DNA from: Bdellovibrionales bacterium
GTDB taxonomy: Bacteria; Bdellovibrionota; UBA1018; CAIMNF01
Length of the DNA: 64,000 nucleotides
Reading direction: 5' to 3'
Assembly (NCBI GenBank): GCA_018266375.1
Contig: JAFEAO010000006.1
Coordinates: 222,930-286,929, forward strand
The translations under genes and the position numbers were made by a program. The notes under the pieces were generated by a model, which made no database searches, had not been told where the DNA came from, and saw only the letters and a list, made by a program, of their open reading frames with translations. Below are positions 27,978 through 38,109 of this stretch, piece after piece. The stretch's first letter is position 1, and each line of letters starts with the position of its first letter.

Positions 27978-28934
27978 ATGGATCAAAACGAGCTTAAAAA
28001 CCTGGCGCGACCGTTGTCGCCGTCTGAGGCCAAAAAGATCACTCCACTCAAAAAACCGGAGTGGCTTAAGATCCGTCCGCCTGCCGGCGAGAACTATCTC
28101 GAAATCAAAAAACTTTTACGCGAACGTGGCCTCCACACCGTGTGTGAGGAAGCGCATTGCCCGAACGTCGCCGAGTGTTGGGCGAGCGGCACCGCAACCT
28201 TCATGCTTGGGACTGAAGTGTGCACTCGCGCCTGTCGTTTTTGCGCGATCAAGACCGCGCGTCGTCCGCCTCCTCTCGATCCTGAAGAACCCTTCAAAGT
28301 CGCCGAGGCAGTATCGAAGCTTAAATTAAAATATGTCGTCCTTACGTCAGTCGATCGCGACGATATGGCCGACGGCGGAGCTAACCACTTTGCAGCAACG
28401 ATTCGTGAACTCAAGCGTCTCGACCCAAATTTAATCGTCGAAGCGCTCGTTCCCGATTTCCGCGGCGATCTTAAAGCCGTCGAAATCATCGTCGATAGCG
28501 GGCTTGACGTTTATGCGCACAATGTGGAGACAGTTCGCCGCCTTCAGTATCGTGTTCGTGACCCGCGTGCGGGGTATCAGCAAAGTCTGACCACGCTCAA
28601 ATACGCAAAAGACTACGCGCGCTCAAAAAATAAGTCGCTTCACACCAAGAGCTCGATTATGCTGGGATTAGGTGAGGATGTCGTCGAGCTTCAAGAGGCG
28701 TTCAATGATTTGCACGCGCACGAGATCGATGTTTTGACATTGGGTCAGTACCTGCGTCCGTCGATGACCCACCTTCCGGTTGAGAAGTACTATTCTCCCG
28801 AGGAGTTTAAGCAACTTGAAGATGTTTCAAAAGAGACCGGCTTTTTGTACGTAGCTTCCGGACCGATGGTTCGTTCGAGCTACAAAGCGGCGGAATTGTT
28901 TATTCACGGACTCATTCAAAAAGGAAAGGCATAA
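27978..28934 (+). CDS. lipA: Lipoyl synthase
   Basis: Radical-SAM and auxiliary-cluster cysteine motifs (CEEAHCPNVAECW, CTRACRFCAI). Confidence 0.95.
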   Translation: MDQNELKNLARPLSPSEAKKITPLKKPEWLKIRPPAGENYLEIKKLLRERGLHTVCEEAHCPNVAECWASGTATFMLGTEVCTRACRFCAIKTARRPPPLDPEEPFKVAEAVSKLKLKYVVLTSVDRDDMADGGANHFAATIRELKRLDPNLIVEALVPDFRGDLKAVEIIVDSGLDVYAHNVETVRRLQYRVRDPRAGYQQSLTTLKYAKDYARSKNKSLHTKSSIMLGLGEDVVELQEAFNDLHAHEIDVLTLGQYLRPSMTHLPVEKYYSPEEFKQLEDVSKETGFLYVASGPMVRSSYKAAELFIHGLIQKGKA

Positions 28935-28938
28935 GAAT

Positions 28939-30210
28939 ATGGAATTCAGATTACCTGAGCTCGGAGAAGGTGTTGCCGAAGGCGAACTCGTAAAATGGCG
29001 CGTAAAAGTCGGCGACACCGTGAAAGACGATCAACCGCTTTGCGAAGTCATGACTGACAAAGCGACGATCGAGATTCCATCCCACTTCTCGGGCACCGTG
29101 GTGGAACTCGTTGCTAAAGAAGGCGACATCGTAAAAGTAAATCAACTCATGTTGAAAGGCGAAGCAGCCGGCGGTTCATCGCAAGCGGTTTCGAAGCCAG
29201 CCGAGGCGCCAAAAGCAGCAGCACCGGCTCCTGCCACGGCTCCAGCTCAAAAACCAGCGGGCGCGACGGCGGCAGCAGCCCCAGTCCCAGCCATGAATGC
29301 TCGCCCAAGCGCAGACGTTCTTGCTTCTCCATCGACTCGCAAGCTTGCTCGTGAAATTGGCGTCGATCTCGGCGTTGTTCCGGCAACCGGTCCTCACGGC
29401 CGTGTATTGCGCGAAGATGTTGAGCGCGTGTCTAAAGGCGGAGCTCCCATGGCAGCTCGCGGCCCTGCGCGCCCATACAATGGCGGCCCGGCCGCTCCGG
29501 ACGAACGCACTCCAATCCGTGGCATGCGTAAAAAGATCTCTGAAAAAATGCGCCAGTCTAAAGACAAGGCCGCGCACTTTACTTACGTCGAAGAGGCGGA
29601 TGCAACCGAGCTTGTGCGTTTGCGTACCCAAGCTAAAGCCATCGCCGAAGCCCGCGGCATCAAGCTCACTTACCTGCCGTTTATCTTAAAGGCAATGGTT
29701 GCCGCTTGCCGCAAGCATCCAAAAGTCAATTCGATTTACGATGAAGCGACGAACGAACTCGTTACACGCCACTATTTCAATATCGCGATCTCGGTTCAAA
29801 CCGAAGACGGTCTCACCGTTCCAGTGGTTAAAAACGTCGAGCAAAAAACGATTTTCGAAATCGCGCAAAACATTGCCGACCTCGTCGATCGCGCTCGTCA
29901 CAAAAGGCTCACGATGGACGATTTGACCGGTAGTTCGATCACGCTCACCAACGCTGGTTCTATCGGCGGCTTGTTTGCGACTCCGATCATCAACTATCCG
30001 GAAGTCGCGATCCTTGGATTCAATAAAATCGCGCGTAAACCGGTCGTTGTGACTCGTAATGGTGCGGAAACCATCGAAATCCGCGATTGGACCTATTTCT
30101 CGATCAGCATGAACCATCAACTTTTGGACGGCGCGGACGCCGCCGAGTTCTTGAAAACGTTCATCACTTATATCGAAAACCCTGCAACCCTCTTCTTGGA
30201 GGATCTCTAA
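28939..30210 (+). CDS. 2-oxo acid dehydrogenase E2 component (dihydrolipoamide acyltransferase)
   Basis: Lipoyl domain (EVMTDKATIEIPS), Ala/Pro linker, E3-binding domain, catalytic domain (DHQLLDGA). Substrate specificity cannot be assigned. Confidence 0.9.
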   Translation: MEFRLPELGEGVAEGELVKWRVKVGDTVKDDQPLCEVMTDKATIEIPSHFSGTVVELVAKEGDIVKVNQLMLKGEAAGGSSQAVSKPAEAPKAAAPAPATAPAQKPAGATAAAAPVPAMNARPSADVLASPSTRKLAREIGVDLGVVPATGPHGRVLREDVERVSKGGAPMAARGPARPYNGGPAAPDERTPIRGMRKKISEKMRQSKDKAAHFTYVEEADATELVRLRTQAKAIAEARGIKLTYLPFILKAMVAACRKHPKVNSIYDEATNELVTRHYFNIAISVQTEDGLTVPVVKNVEQKTIFEIAQNIADLVDRARHKRLTMDDLTGSSITLTNAGSIGGLFATPIINYPEVAILGFNKIARKPVVVTRNGAETIEIRDWTYFSISMNHQLLDGADAAEFLKTFITYIENPATLFLEDL

Positions 30211-30211
30211 G

Positions 30212-31666
30212 ATGGCAAATCAAACCGTTACCACTGACGTGGTTGTTATTGGCGCCGGCCCTGCCGGTTATGTGTGCGCAATCCGCCTTGCTCAATTGGG
30301 CAAAAAAGTGACCGTGGTCGAGCGCGAAGATGTGGGCGGCGTGTGCCTGAATCGCGGCTGTATCCCTTCTAAGGCACTCATTCACGCAGGCACCATGTTC
30401 GAAAAAATGTCTCATGCTGAAGACATCGGCATCACCGTAAAAGGCGCGTCGCTCGATTTTAAAAAGCTCATGAGCTGGAAAGGCGAAGTCGTTAAAAAAC
30501 TTACGACCGGCGTTGCAGGCCTCCTCAAAGCTAACGGCGCGACCACCATCATGGGTGATGCAAAGTTCGTCGGCCCGACATCACTTGAAGTGAAAGCAAA
30601 AGACGGCACGACCACCGTTCAATTCAAAAATGCGGTGATCGCTACCGGCTCGCGTCCGGCGCAAATCCCGGGCTTTGACATCGATCAAAAGCTCGTTCTC
30701 GATTCTACGGGCGGCCTTGATCAAAACGCGCTTCCGGAGACTTTGTTGTGTGTTGGCGGCGGTTACATCGGTATGGAGTTAGGAACTTTCTACGCGAAAG
30801 TCGGCACCAAAGTCACGATCGTCGAAGCGGCTCCGCAAATTCTCGGTATCGTTGATCCGGACCTCGTCCGTGTGGTCGAGCGCGGACTTAAAAAACGTAA
30901 CGTTGAAGTGATGACTGCAACTACGGTCAAAGCCGTTAAGAAAAACGCGAAAAACGTCGAAGTCACTTTCGGTGCAACTGCGGACGGTAAAGACATCAAG
31001 AAAACCTTCGACAAAGTGCTCGTCACGATCGGCCGTTCGCCGAACACCGACGGACTTGGCTTAGACAAAATCGGCGTAAAAACCGACTCCAAAGGCTTTA
31101 TACAGGTCAATAACAAACGTCAGACCTCGGTGCCGCATATTTTTGCGATCGGCGACGTTGCAGGCCAACCGCTTCTCGCCCACAAAGGCTCAAAGGAAGG
31201 CATGGTTGCGGCTGAAGTCATCGGCGGCATGAAAACCGTGTACGACGTAAAAGCGATGCCAGCTGTGATCTTTACCGATCCTGAAATCGCTTCCGTCGGC
31301 ATCACCGAGACCGAGGCAAAAGTTAAAAACTTGAACGTGGCTTTAGGCGTGTTCCCGTACGCGGCGAATGGCCGTGCATTGTCGGTTAATGAGCCAGACG
31401 GAATGGTTAAACTCATTAGCGACGCGAAGACCGGAACGCTCCTAGGCTGCCACATCGTTGGTGCCGAAGCTTCGAACTTGATCGCGGAAGCGACTTTGCT
31501 CATTGAGATGGGCGGAAACGTCGAAGATCTCGCTTTGACCGTGCACGCGCACCCAACATTGCCTGAAACCATGATGGAAGCAGCAGAAGTCGCTCTCGGA
31601 CACGCGATCCATATCTTCAAGCCAAAGCGTCCGGCTGCTAACGGTGGCGCCAGCCCGCGCGTATAG
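30212..31666 (+). CDS. lpdA: Dihydrolipoyl dehydrogenase (E3)
   Basis: FAD-binding GAGPAGY, redox-active disulfide GGVCLNRGCIPSK, C-terminal dimerisation HAHPTLPE. Confidence 0.95.
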   Translation: MANQTVTTDVVVIGAGPAGYVCAIRLAQLGKKVTVVEREDVGGVCLNRGCIPSKALIHAGTMFEKMSHAEDIGITVKGASLDFKKLMSWKGEVVKKLTTGVAGLLKANGATTIMGDAKFVGPTSLEVKAKDGTTTVQFKNAVIATGSRPAQIPGFDIDQKLVLDSTGGLDQNALPETLLCVGGGYIGMELGTFYAKVGTKVTIVEAAPQILGIVDPDLVRVVERGLKKRNVEVMTATTVKAVKKNAKNVEVTFGATADGKDIKKTFDKVLVTIGRSPNTDGLGLDKIGVKTDSKGFIQVNNKRQTSVPHIFAIGDVAGQPLLAHKGSKEGMVAAEVIGGMKTVYDVKAMPAVIFTDPEIASVGITETEAKVKNLNVALGVFPYAANGRALSVNEPDGMVKLISDAKTGTLLGCHIVGAEASNLIAEATLLIEMGGNVEDLALTVHAHPTLPETMMEAAEVALGHAIHIFKPKRPAANGGASPRV

Positions 31667-31672
31667 ATCGAT

Positions 31673-32377
31673 ATGGATTTTGAAGTACTCTCATTGCCGG
31701 GTCTGACTCGATTCAGTGAAGTACATTCGCTCCAAAAGGAACTCTTACAGAAACGTATCGAGGATCAGATCCCCGATACGTTTATTTTTTGCGAGCATCA
31801 CCCGGTAATCACTCGCGGGCGCGGGTTGCAATTTCAACCCGATCGCGCAGCACGTGCGATGCCGCTGCCGGTGGTCCCGCCCGGCACCGACTATGTCGAG
31901 ATCGAGAGGGGTGGGGATTTGACCTGGCATGGTCCAGGGCAACTCGTGATGTATCCCATCATAAAATTGGGTGGCGCCGGCAAGATTGGCTCACGAGTCG
32001 GTCAGGATATCGACAGCTGGGTGCGGTTTCAGGAGCGGGTATGGTCCGGCGTGTTCGGGCGGTGGGGTTTGGAGACGCACACCCAACCGGGCGGCAGCGG
32101 TGTGTGGATCAAACGCGGTGAAATCAATGCGCTTGGTATTGAGCGGAAGCTCGTATCGGTCGGAATCGCGCTCCGCAAGTGGGTGAGTTATCACGGGACC
32201 GCGGGTAACATTATTAACGACCCGATGGCATTCTTAGGCTTTGATCCGTGCGGGTTCGAAAGCGCGGTGATGATTCGCGCGCAAGATCTCAAAGAAATTC
32301 CAAATGAAATGGTCGCTGCCGATTGGCGCGTGCAATGGGAACGTATGCTGATTGAATCGGTTCAACGAATTTTGTAG
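31673..32377 (+). CDS. lipB: Octanoyltransferase (lipoyl(octanoyl) transferase)
   Basis: FCEHHPVITRGRG motif and a length of about 230 aa. Confidence 0.85.
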   Translation: MDFEVLSLPGLTRFSEVHSLQKELLQKRIEDQIPDTFIFCEHHPVITRGRGLQFQPDRAARAMPLPVVPPGTDYVEIERGGDLTWHGPGQLVMYPIIKLGGAGKIGSRVGQDIDSWVRFQERVWSGVFGRWGLETHTQPGGSGVWIKRGEINALGIERKLVSVGIALRKWVSYHGTAGNIINDPMAFLGFDPCGFESAVMIRAQDLKEIPNEMVAADWRVQWERMLIESVQRIL

Positions 32378-32429
32378 ACATAAGTTCCAGTAATTATTAT
32401 ATATAAGATGTTTACAAAGTCCGACCAAG

Positions 32430-33647
32430 ATGGTACACTTCGAATCCATGTTGGAAATGATGGGACATGCATCGTTGAAAGTGGCTCTAGTTCTGAGTGT
32501 AGCATTTAGCTACGCGTCCGCGGTCGCGCAAGACGGCGGTCCCGGTCTGACGAAAAAATTCTCTCCCGATAAAAATCAGAAAGTTTATATCTTTTCCGAT
32601 TTCGACCGCACCATCGGAAATGATTTAGGAAATTACATCATCGATTTGCTTCCTAACCCGGGTTTCGAAGGTTTGGGGAATTACTCGGGGCTCGTGTCGT
32701 CTGCGGAAGTAACGCAATGGGAGTACGAAGGCGCGACCAACCGCAATCGAATTCGCGATCTTTTGGGGTCAGTGTTTCGAGGTCAGCCGGCTCCATTTGG
32801 CGCTTTTGAGCCGATTAAGTTAGAAAGTGGAGCTACCATTATTCCAGCTTTGTATCAGCTTGATCCAATTCGAGGGATGACACAGTTTCGCCCGCCTGTC
32901 AGCGGCAAACCAGAAGACGGCTTCCTGTACCAAGCGATCGTTAAAAATTTCGAAAAACAGATTCCATTTTTGATGGATGCAGCTCCTTACATCGCACTTT
33001 CATTTTCGGATCGTTTTCCAAAGGGCCGAGTAAAACCGCTTATCGTGACAATGGCCGGCCGTAGTGGAAGTGAAGTTGCTTTGTCCATGAACTACGTCGC
33101 GCAGCAACTCAAGTGGGGACCGAACCAATTTCAAGCGCAGAGTGCGATCAATCTTTCAAATCCAAACGAAGCCTATCAGTGGGCGAAATCGAAGTCTCGC
33201 GTACTCACGGAAGTTTACAAGCAGCTTTCAAATACGCACATGCAGGACCACTCGGTTCCTCACTACCTTATCGTTCTTGAGAACGATACGAAGCAAATCG
33301 AAGACCTCACTAAAACCATGCGCAACCTCGCTCATAGTGGTGTTGGAGCGAATCCGGTTGTTCCGATTCTCGTTAACTTAGATGAACCCGAATTGATGAA
33401 TATGTACGGTCAACAAAGCTATCTAGCAAGCTCGCTCGAAACCGCAGAGGTTAAACACCGTGTGACGATCTTTGGCGATCTGAACAAAATCGAATATTCA
33501 GAAAATCTAGCCCGCCCTTTGGAGCTGGCGTTTGGTCTTGATTCCAAAGAAGCGCTCCAGCTTTTTAAGTCTTATGACAGCCCTATCCGCTGTTCGGTAG
33601 GGTATAGCAATCAGGCTAAAATTAATAAGCGGGGGGGTAGCAAGTGA
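32430..33647 (+). CDS. Secreted hypothetical protein
   Basis: Signal peptide (LKVALVLSVAFSYASAVAQ). No recognisable domain. The start is ambiguous among four in-frame Met codons. Confidence 0.5.
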   Translation: MVHFESMLEMMGHASLKVALVLSVAFSYASAVAQDGGPGLTKKFSPDKNQKVYIFSDFDRTIGNDLGNYIIDLLPNPGFEGLGNYSGLVSSAEVTQWEYEGATNRNRIRDLLGSVFRGQPAPFGAFEPIKLESGATIIPALYQLDPIRGMTQFRPPVSGKPEDGFLYQAIVKNFEKQIPFLMDAAPYIALSFSDRFPKGRVKPLIVTMAGRSGSEVALSMNYVAQQLKWGPNQFQAQSAINLSNPNEAYQWAKSKSRVLTEVYKQLSNTHMQDHSVPHYLIVLENDTKQIEDLTKTMRNLAHSGVGANPVVPILVNLDEPELMNMYGQQSYLASSLETAEVKHRVTIFGDLNKIEYSENLARPLELAFGLDSKEALQLFKSYDSPIRCSVGYSNQAKINKRGGSK

Positions 33648-36280
33648 AGGCACTTCTCATTGCTCTTCTTTTGTTTATGCCCTCGACGTTCGCTTCAATC
33701 TCGGTGTTCGCGGCTGCTCCACCACTTTGCGAGATTTCGTATAGCATCATGGATGTTGAAGATGCGTTCGCATTGCATCTATCCACATATGCATTCAATA
33801 ACTCAAAACTTCCAACCATTGGCCGTAGTATCCTCAAGCTTCAAGGGTTTGAAGGCGAACTGGCCGATGCAGCGTATTTCGAAAAAGTAATCAAAAGCTA
33901 CGGTTTGTCGGTTGAAGAGTGGAGATCGATTGAGAGCGTCGAGCTAAAAAATAAAGTCGTACTCGGAAGCGGCGACTTCCTGAAGACTCTCCATGAATTG
34001 CTGAGTGAACCGGGAATTGCACTGAACGGGATGCAGATTTCGGCGCTGACTAAGCTAAACAACGCTGTTGATATGGCTCGGATGAAGGTGAAGACCCATC
34101 TTCAAAATATAGAAAACCGTATGTTGGTTGAGCTCGACCGCTTTATGAGCGATGAAGAGCTTAGTGTCGTGATGGCCCGCTATACACGCGACCAGAATTT
34201 CTCTCTCAAAAATTTCGGTTATAGCGGTCGTAATGGTCCTCCAGAGGTGCAGTGGCGTAACGACGTCATGACGCAGAATCCGAAAGTCCAGACAAAGATC
34301 GAAAAGTCGATGATTAGCGGGTTTTTGAACCATGTTGAAGCAAAACGCGAAATCCCTGAAACGGGCGATGAATTGATCGCTATCCTCGCTGAGCGCATGA
34401 ACACGTCGGTAGAGCAGGTAAAGAGTTTTATTGGGGAAGGTAAATTGTTCGGTTCAACGGATGCGTTGATCGATCTCGCAATCGAAACCAGCCCGCGTGC
34501 CTTTTACGGTGCGATCGATAAACGGGTATTCTCAGCAAAATACGAAGAAAGGTTCAGAAAAGCGATTCAGGATTCCGAAGGCGGATGGCTCGTGATGAAG
34601 CTCGTCGAAAAGCAAGGCCTTGATCCGGCGGAATTCGCGGCGATGGAAAAATTCGCTAAAGATAAAAAAGCAATGATCATTTTGCTCCCGGCGTTTTCAG
34701 AGCTCGGTCAGATTCCGGATCAAATGAAGTATTTACTTTCGCGACCGAACGTCTACGTTTCTCAGCACAATGTGATCGCACTTAATAAAAACAACTTCAT
34801 TATCAACGCAGGCGCAATCGATAAAATCAAGAATCCTCTCACCGGTCTTCGTTTCTCTCCGACCGATCACTTGTTTGTAGCCCATCCTCGCGTAGTGACT
34901 ACCACGGTCGCGACCGGCAACAACGATATGGTGACCGGATACATGATGACGACGGGCTCGATCAGTAATGCTCAGTATCGCGGTCGCTATTTGCAAAATA
35001 TGTTCGCAGACTTCAAGGCTCAGCGCGCTCTCGAAGACAACCGGGGTTTCTTGTATATCTCGAGAGATTACATGCACCAAGACCTCGGCCCGCTCAGCGA
35101 TGCGGCCTGGGAGATCGGAGCACGCCGAGTTCGCATCACGCCAGCAATGTTCGGCAACCCAGCCGGTTTTTTCGATCAAAACAAACTTTATACGTTTGAC
35201 GGTAGAGTGGTTGACGTAAATTACATTCCGGCGATCGTTCCGGGCGACTTGCACCTGACCGCGACCGATCCTGCGTATCAACGCGCGTTCTTCGATTTCT
35301 TGAAGCGCCTGAATATCTTGGCCAAGAATCCGAAATACGGAAGACCGGATCAAGGTGTTCAGTTTGAATATGTTCCGGGTAAGGTCAAGTTAGGCGCGAT
35401 TTTTTACCATGACTTCGGTAACGGCACCAATTTAAGTCATTGGATCCGCGATACGTTGATGACCTTATCTAAGACAGATCAAAAGGGATTACTCGATCTC
35501 GTCAATACGATGAAGCTTTATGCCTCGTATCTCAATCACCAAGCACGCTTGATGCCGGACACGGATCTCGTCGTAGTGATTGGCAACCACGATCACGATT
35601 GGCTCATGAAGATTCTCGAGAAGGCAAACTTCAGAGACTGGCATAGTCCGGGCGATTTGCCTGTAATCGCAAGACTCTTTTATGAAACCGCTAAGTCCGG
35701 TAAGCACCCGTTCGAAGCGTTGCTAAGATACTTCGGCGTAGACCGCGGCGACGGAGCGAATACGACTCTTAAAAACATCATCTTTGTCGACAAGCACGAA
35801 AATTATCGCGCCGGTTACGACAATTCTAACTACGACGTTCGCTCGTTATTGAATGGCGTGCAACTCGCGAAGCATATGGATAAGGGCCAAAACGGCGGAA
35901 AATCTATTTCGGATGACAAGATTGAAGAATCGTACGAAGCGGCGGTAGGTGCCCACAATCATAGAACAGGTGAAGCGGGATTGGTGGTTCGCGTCGGTGC
36001 GTTCCCGAGCAAGACTCAAGATTATCATACGGGCGGTCCGAGTTCGAGTGATGCTTCGGTTGCCGTACTTTACTCGAAGTACGCGATTCAGTTGTGGCGT
36101 GAAGTAAATTGGACTTTTTCGCCGAACGCGCCGTCGGTCCAACCTTGGAATCAGTTCGCTCCTAGTCCTCTCTATCCGGTTGTTCAGCATTGGCCTGAAA
36201 TGCCGGAAGGTGGCGGGATGACCGACCAGTTGAACAGCATTAAGACTGACTATAACAGCGGACGAAGCCGTAAGAAGTAG
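33644..36280 (+). CDS. Large secreted hypothetical protein (878 aa)
   Basis: GTG start with a GGGGGGG Shine-Dalgarno, GTGA overlap with the upstream gene. Signal peptide MKALLIALLLFMPSTFASISVFAAA. Contains LVVVIGNHDHDW, weakly reminiscent of a metallophosphoesterase GNH(D/E) motif. Confidence 0.55.
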   Translation: MKALLIALLLFMPSTFASISVFAAAPPLCEISYSIMDVEDAFALHLSTYAFNNSKLPTIGRSILKLQGFEGELADAAYFEKVIKSYGLSVEEWRSIESVELKNKVVLGSGDFLKTLHELLSEPGIALNGMQISALTKLNNAVDMARMKVKTHLQNIENRMLVELDRFMSDEELSVVMARYTRDQNFSLKNFGYSGRNGPPEVQWRNDVMTQNPKVQTKIEKSMISGFLNHVEAKREIPETGDELIAILAERMNTSVEQVKSFIGEGKLFGSTDALIDLAIETSPRAFYGAIDKRVFSAKYEERFRKAIQDSEGGWLVMKLVEKQGLDPAEFAAMEKFAKDKKAMIILLPAFSELGQIPDQMKYLLSRPNVYVSQHNVIALNKNNFIINAGAIDKIKNPLTGLRFSPTDHLFVAHPRVVTTTVATGNNDMVTGYMMTTGSISNAQYRGRYLQNMFADFKAQRALEDNRGFLYISRDYMHQDLGPLSDAAWEIGARRVRITPAMFGNPAGFFDQNKLYTFDGRVVDVNYIPAIVPGDLHLTATDPAYQRAFFDFLKRLNILAKNPKYGRPDQGVQFEYVPGKVKLGAIFYHDFGNGTNLSHWIRDTLMTLSKTDQKGLLDLVNTMKLYASYLNHQARLMPDTDLVVVIGNHDHDWLMKILEKANFRDWHSPGDLPVIARLFYETAKSGKHPFEALLRYFGVDRGDGANTTLKNIIFVDKHENYRAGYDNSNYDVRSLLNGVQLAKHMDKGQNGGKSISDDKIEESYEAAVGAHNHRTGEAGLVVRVGAFPSKTQDYHTGGPSSSDASVAVLYSKYAIQLWREVNWTFSPNAPSVQPWNQFAPSPLYPVVQHWPEMPEGGGMTDQLNSIKTDYNSGRSRKK

Positions 36281-36429
36281 AGCCCGTCTTCCCGACCAAT
36301 CCACTCCGATTAGCGGTTCTCACACGTAAATTCCCGATACACGCACGCGAAAAAATAAACGACGCCCATTAAATTTACTCGTTGCGTCAAAGTGGGTTTT
36401 TTAATACATCACTGCTCCAGGAGAGAGCA

Positions 36430-37254
36430 GTGAGAGCAGTAAGGCAGACCCGTATTCCAAAGAGAGTCCACGTGAAATCGCAAGCTGCGGGTTTGATTCC
36501 GTCGCTGTCGCTTTTGCTTTTGGGCCTCGCTATTTACTCGTTCGCGCACGCTGGCGAAACCGTGATCGGCGAGGGCGCAACCCGGGTTAAAGACAAAGAC
36601 TATCCGTCTCTCTGTCACATCGAAATCGAAGTTCCAAACAGCGACGAAGAAGGCATTCGTTCCTGCAGCGGAACTCTCGTCGGCCCGAATGAGATCGCGA
36701 CCGGCGCACATTGCTTCAAAAAAGATTTTGAATTTTCTTATTCCACCGTCAGGGCCAGCTGCGGAGGGAAATCCGTAACCGTAATCGACGTCGCGTTACC
36801 GGCGTCCACGCATTGGATGAATAATGATCGTCCGTATCCCAATTACGACTATGCGAAACTGACTCTGAAAAAGAACATGGGTTCGTGGATGTCAAAAGCA
36901 CCGTCGATGGAGTCTTATTTCGCAGAAAATGGTGCGATCAAAACCGGCACCCGTTGCTGGGTGGGTGGATTCGGAAACAGCCCGAGCGGAAGCGTGGGCG
37001 TCCTCTATATCGCCGAAGTGACCAAACAGAAGATCGAATTCTTCGGCGGAATGATCACCTTGAAAGATCCTGCGGGTGGAGTCTTGAAAACTTCGGTTGA
37101 TCACGGCGATTCAGGCGGTTCTTTCTATTGTCAGGCGCCCGGCAAAAACACCGTCGAACTCGTCGGCGTGATCGTGAGCTATTTCGCGGACAAAAAGAAG
37201 GACAGTAAACGCATGGAAAATGACTTTGCGCCGATCTGGATCCAAAACCTTTAA
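36430..37254 (+). CDS. Secreted trypsin-like (S1) serine peptidase
   Basis: Catalytic triad context TGAHC (His), DYA (Asp), DHGDSGGSFYC (Ser). GTG start at 36430 with an AGGAGAG Shine-Dalgarno, giving a signal peptide with a positively charged n-region. Confidence 0.75.
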   Translation: MRAVRQTRIPKRVHVKSQAAGLIPSLSLLLLGLAIYSFAHAGETVIGEGATRVKDKDYPSLCHIEIEVPNSDEEGIRSCSGTLVGPNEIATGAHCFKKDFEFSYSTVRASCGGKSVTVIDVALPASTHWMNNDRPYPNYDYAKLTLKKNMGSWMSKAPSMESYFAENGAIKTGTRCWVGGFGNSPSGSVGVLYIAEVTKQKIEFFGGMITLKDPAGGVLKTSVDHGDSGGSFYCQAPGKNTVELVGVIVSYFADKKKDSKRMENDFAPIWIQNL

Positions 37255-37408
37255 TCAAAACCTATTCACCGCCACTGTCTAAGGTTTGTACACGTGTGTA
37301 ATGTTATTGAACACCCCGTGTGCTCAATCGGCTTCATTGAATAGATTTTGTTCAAAAAAACGCTGTTGCTTCGAGTGCTTGCGGCTTCACACCTGTGGAC
37401 CCGGCTCG

Positions 37409-37424
37409 TGGCACACCCCCTGCA
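37409..37424 (+). promoter_or_regulatory. Candidate sigma-54 (-24/-12) promoter TGGCACacccccTGCA
   Basis: 14 of 16 positions match TGGCACG-N4-TTGCA, with GG and GC correctly spaced. Lies about 27 nt upstream of the ATG at 37451. Confidence 0.3.
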
Positions 37425-37450
37425 TACTTAGGGGTATCAGGAGAGTTTTT

Positions 37451-37672
37451 ATGAGCAAGTCTAAAAATTATACATTTATCATGGGTTTCATCGTGGCGAT
37501 CACTACTTTCAGCCCTTACGCAGTTGCGGGCCTTAAAGCGAGCGACGGTAGTAACCCAGGCGTAAAATGCAAGCTTTCAAAATACAACAAAGAGCGATTC
37601 ACGCAATCCGTCGCGGTCGTGAACACACCGGTTCAGCAACAGCCTGCCGGTAAAGCCAACAAAGCGATCTAA
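37451..37672 (+). CDS. Small secreted hypothetical protein (73 aa)
   Basis: MSKSKNYTFIMGFIVAITTFSPYAVAG signal-like N-terminus with a CAGGAGAG Shine-Dalgarno. Followed by a strong terminator. Confidence 0.4.
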   Translation: MSKSKNYTFIMGFIVAITTFSPYAVAGLKASDGSNPGVKCKLSKYNKERFTQSVAVVNTPVQQQPAGKANKAI

Positions 37673-37728
37673 TAAAGCTACCCCCCCACACACACAACCC
37701 CCGACCTCGATCAAGAAGATCAAAGAAA

Positions 37729-37757
37729 AGGAGCCTTCCCCCAGGCTCCTTTTTTAT
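37729..37757. terminator. Rho-independent terminator, probably bidirectional
   Basis: GGAGCCT-tccccc-AGGCTCC perfect 7-bp stem followed by TTTTTTATTT. Lies between converging genes at 37672(+) and 37776(-). Confidence 0.6.
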
Positions 37758-37775
37758 TTAAATGGGTTCGTGCTT

Positions 37776-38093
37776 TTAGCGTTGGGTTTTTTGAATGAGA
37801 TGATTGAGCTGACGTTGATCGCCGGCCGAGATATCAGTATCGGCGGATGCGGAGGTGCCGCGCTCCGCGCGAGTATTGGCCGTACGGAGACGGATCACGT
37901 TATTTACGCTGCTCGAGAGCTCTTGCGTGACCTTGGTGATTTCACGTTTAGGTTTGATGCCCGCGACCCAGTCCATCGTGTTTTCAACGTGCTGAGAGAT
38001 CGTAGTGCCGCGGATTTGAATGATGTGGGACAGAATCAAGACCAGAATGACTAGAGCGCCGTACTTCAATGTCTGACCGATCAAAGCGAACAT
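37776..38093 (-). CDS. Small membrane protein (one N-terminal TM), hypothetical
   Basis: MFALIGQTLKYGALVILVLILSHII TM segment. Directly downstream of a CheY-like regulator gene. Confidence 0.4.
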   Translation of the reverse strand: MFALIGQTLKYGALVILVLILSHIIQIRGTTISQHVENTMDWVAGIKPKREITKVTQELSSSVNNVIRLRTANTRAERGTSASADTDISAGDQRQLNHLIQKTQR

Positions 38094-38109
38094 TGAGTTC
38101 TCTCCTAAA

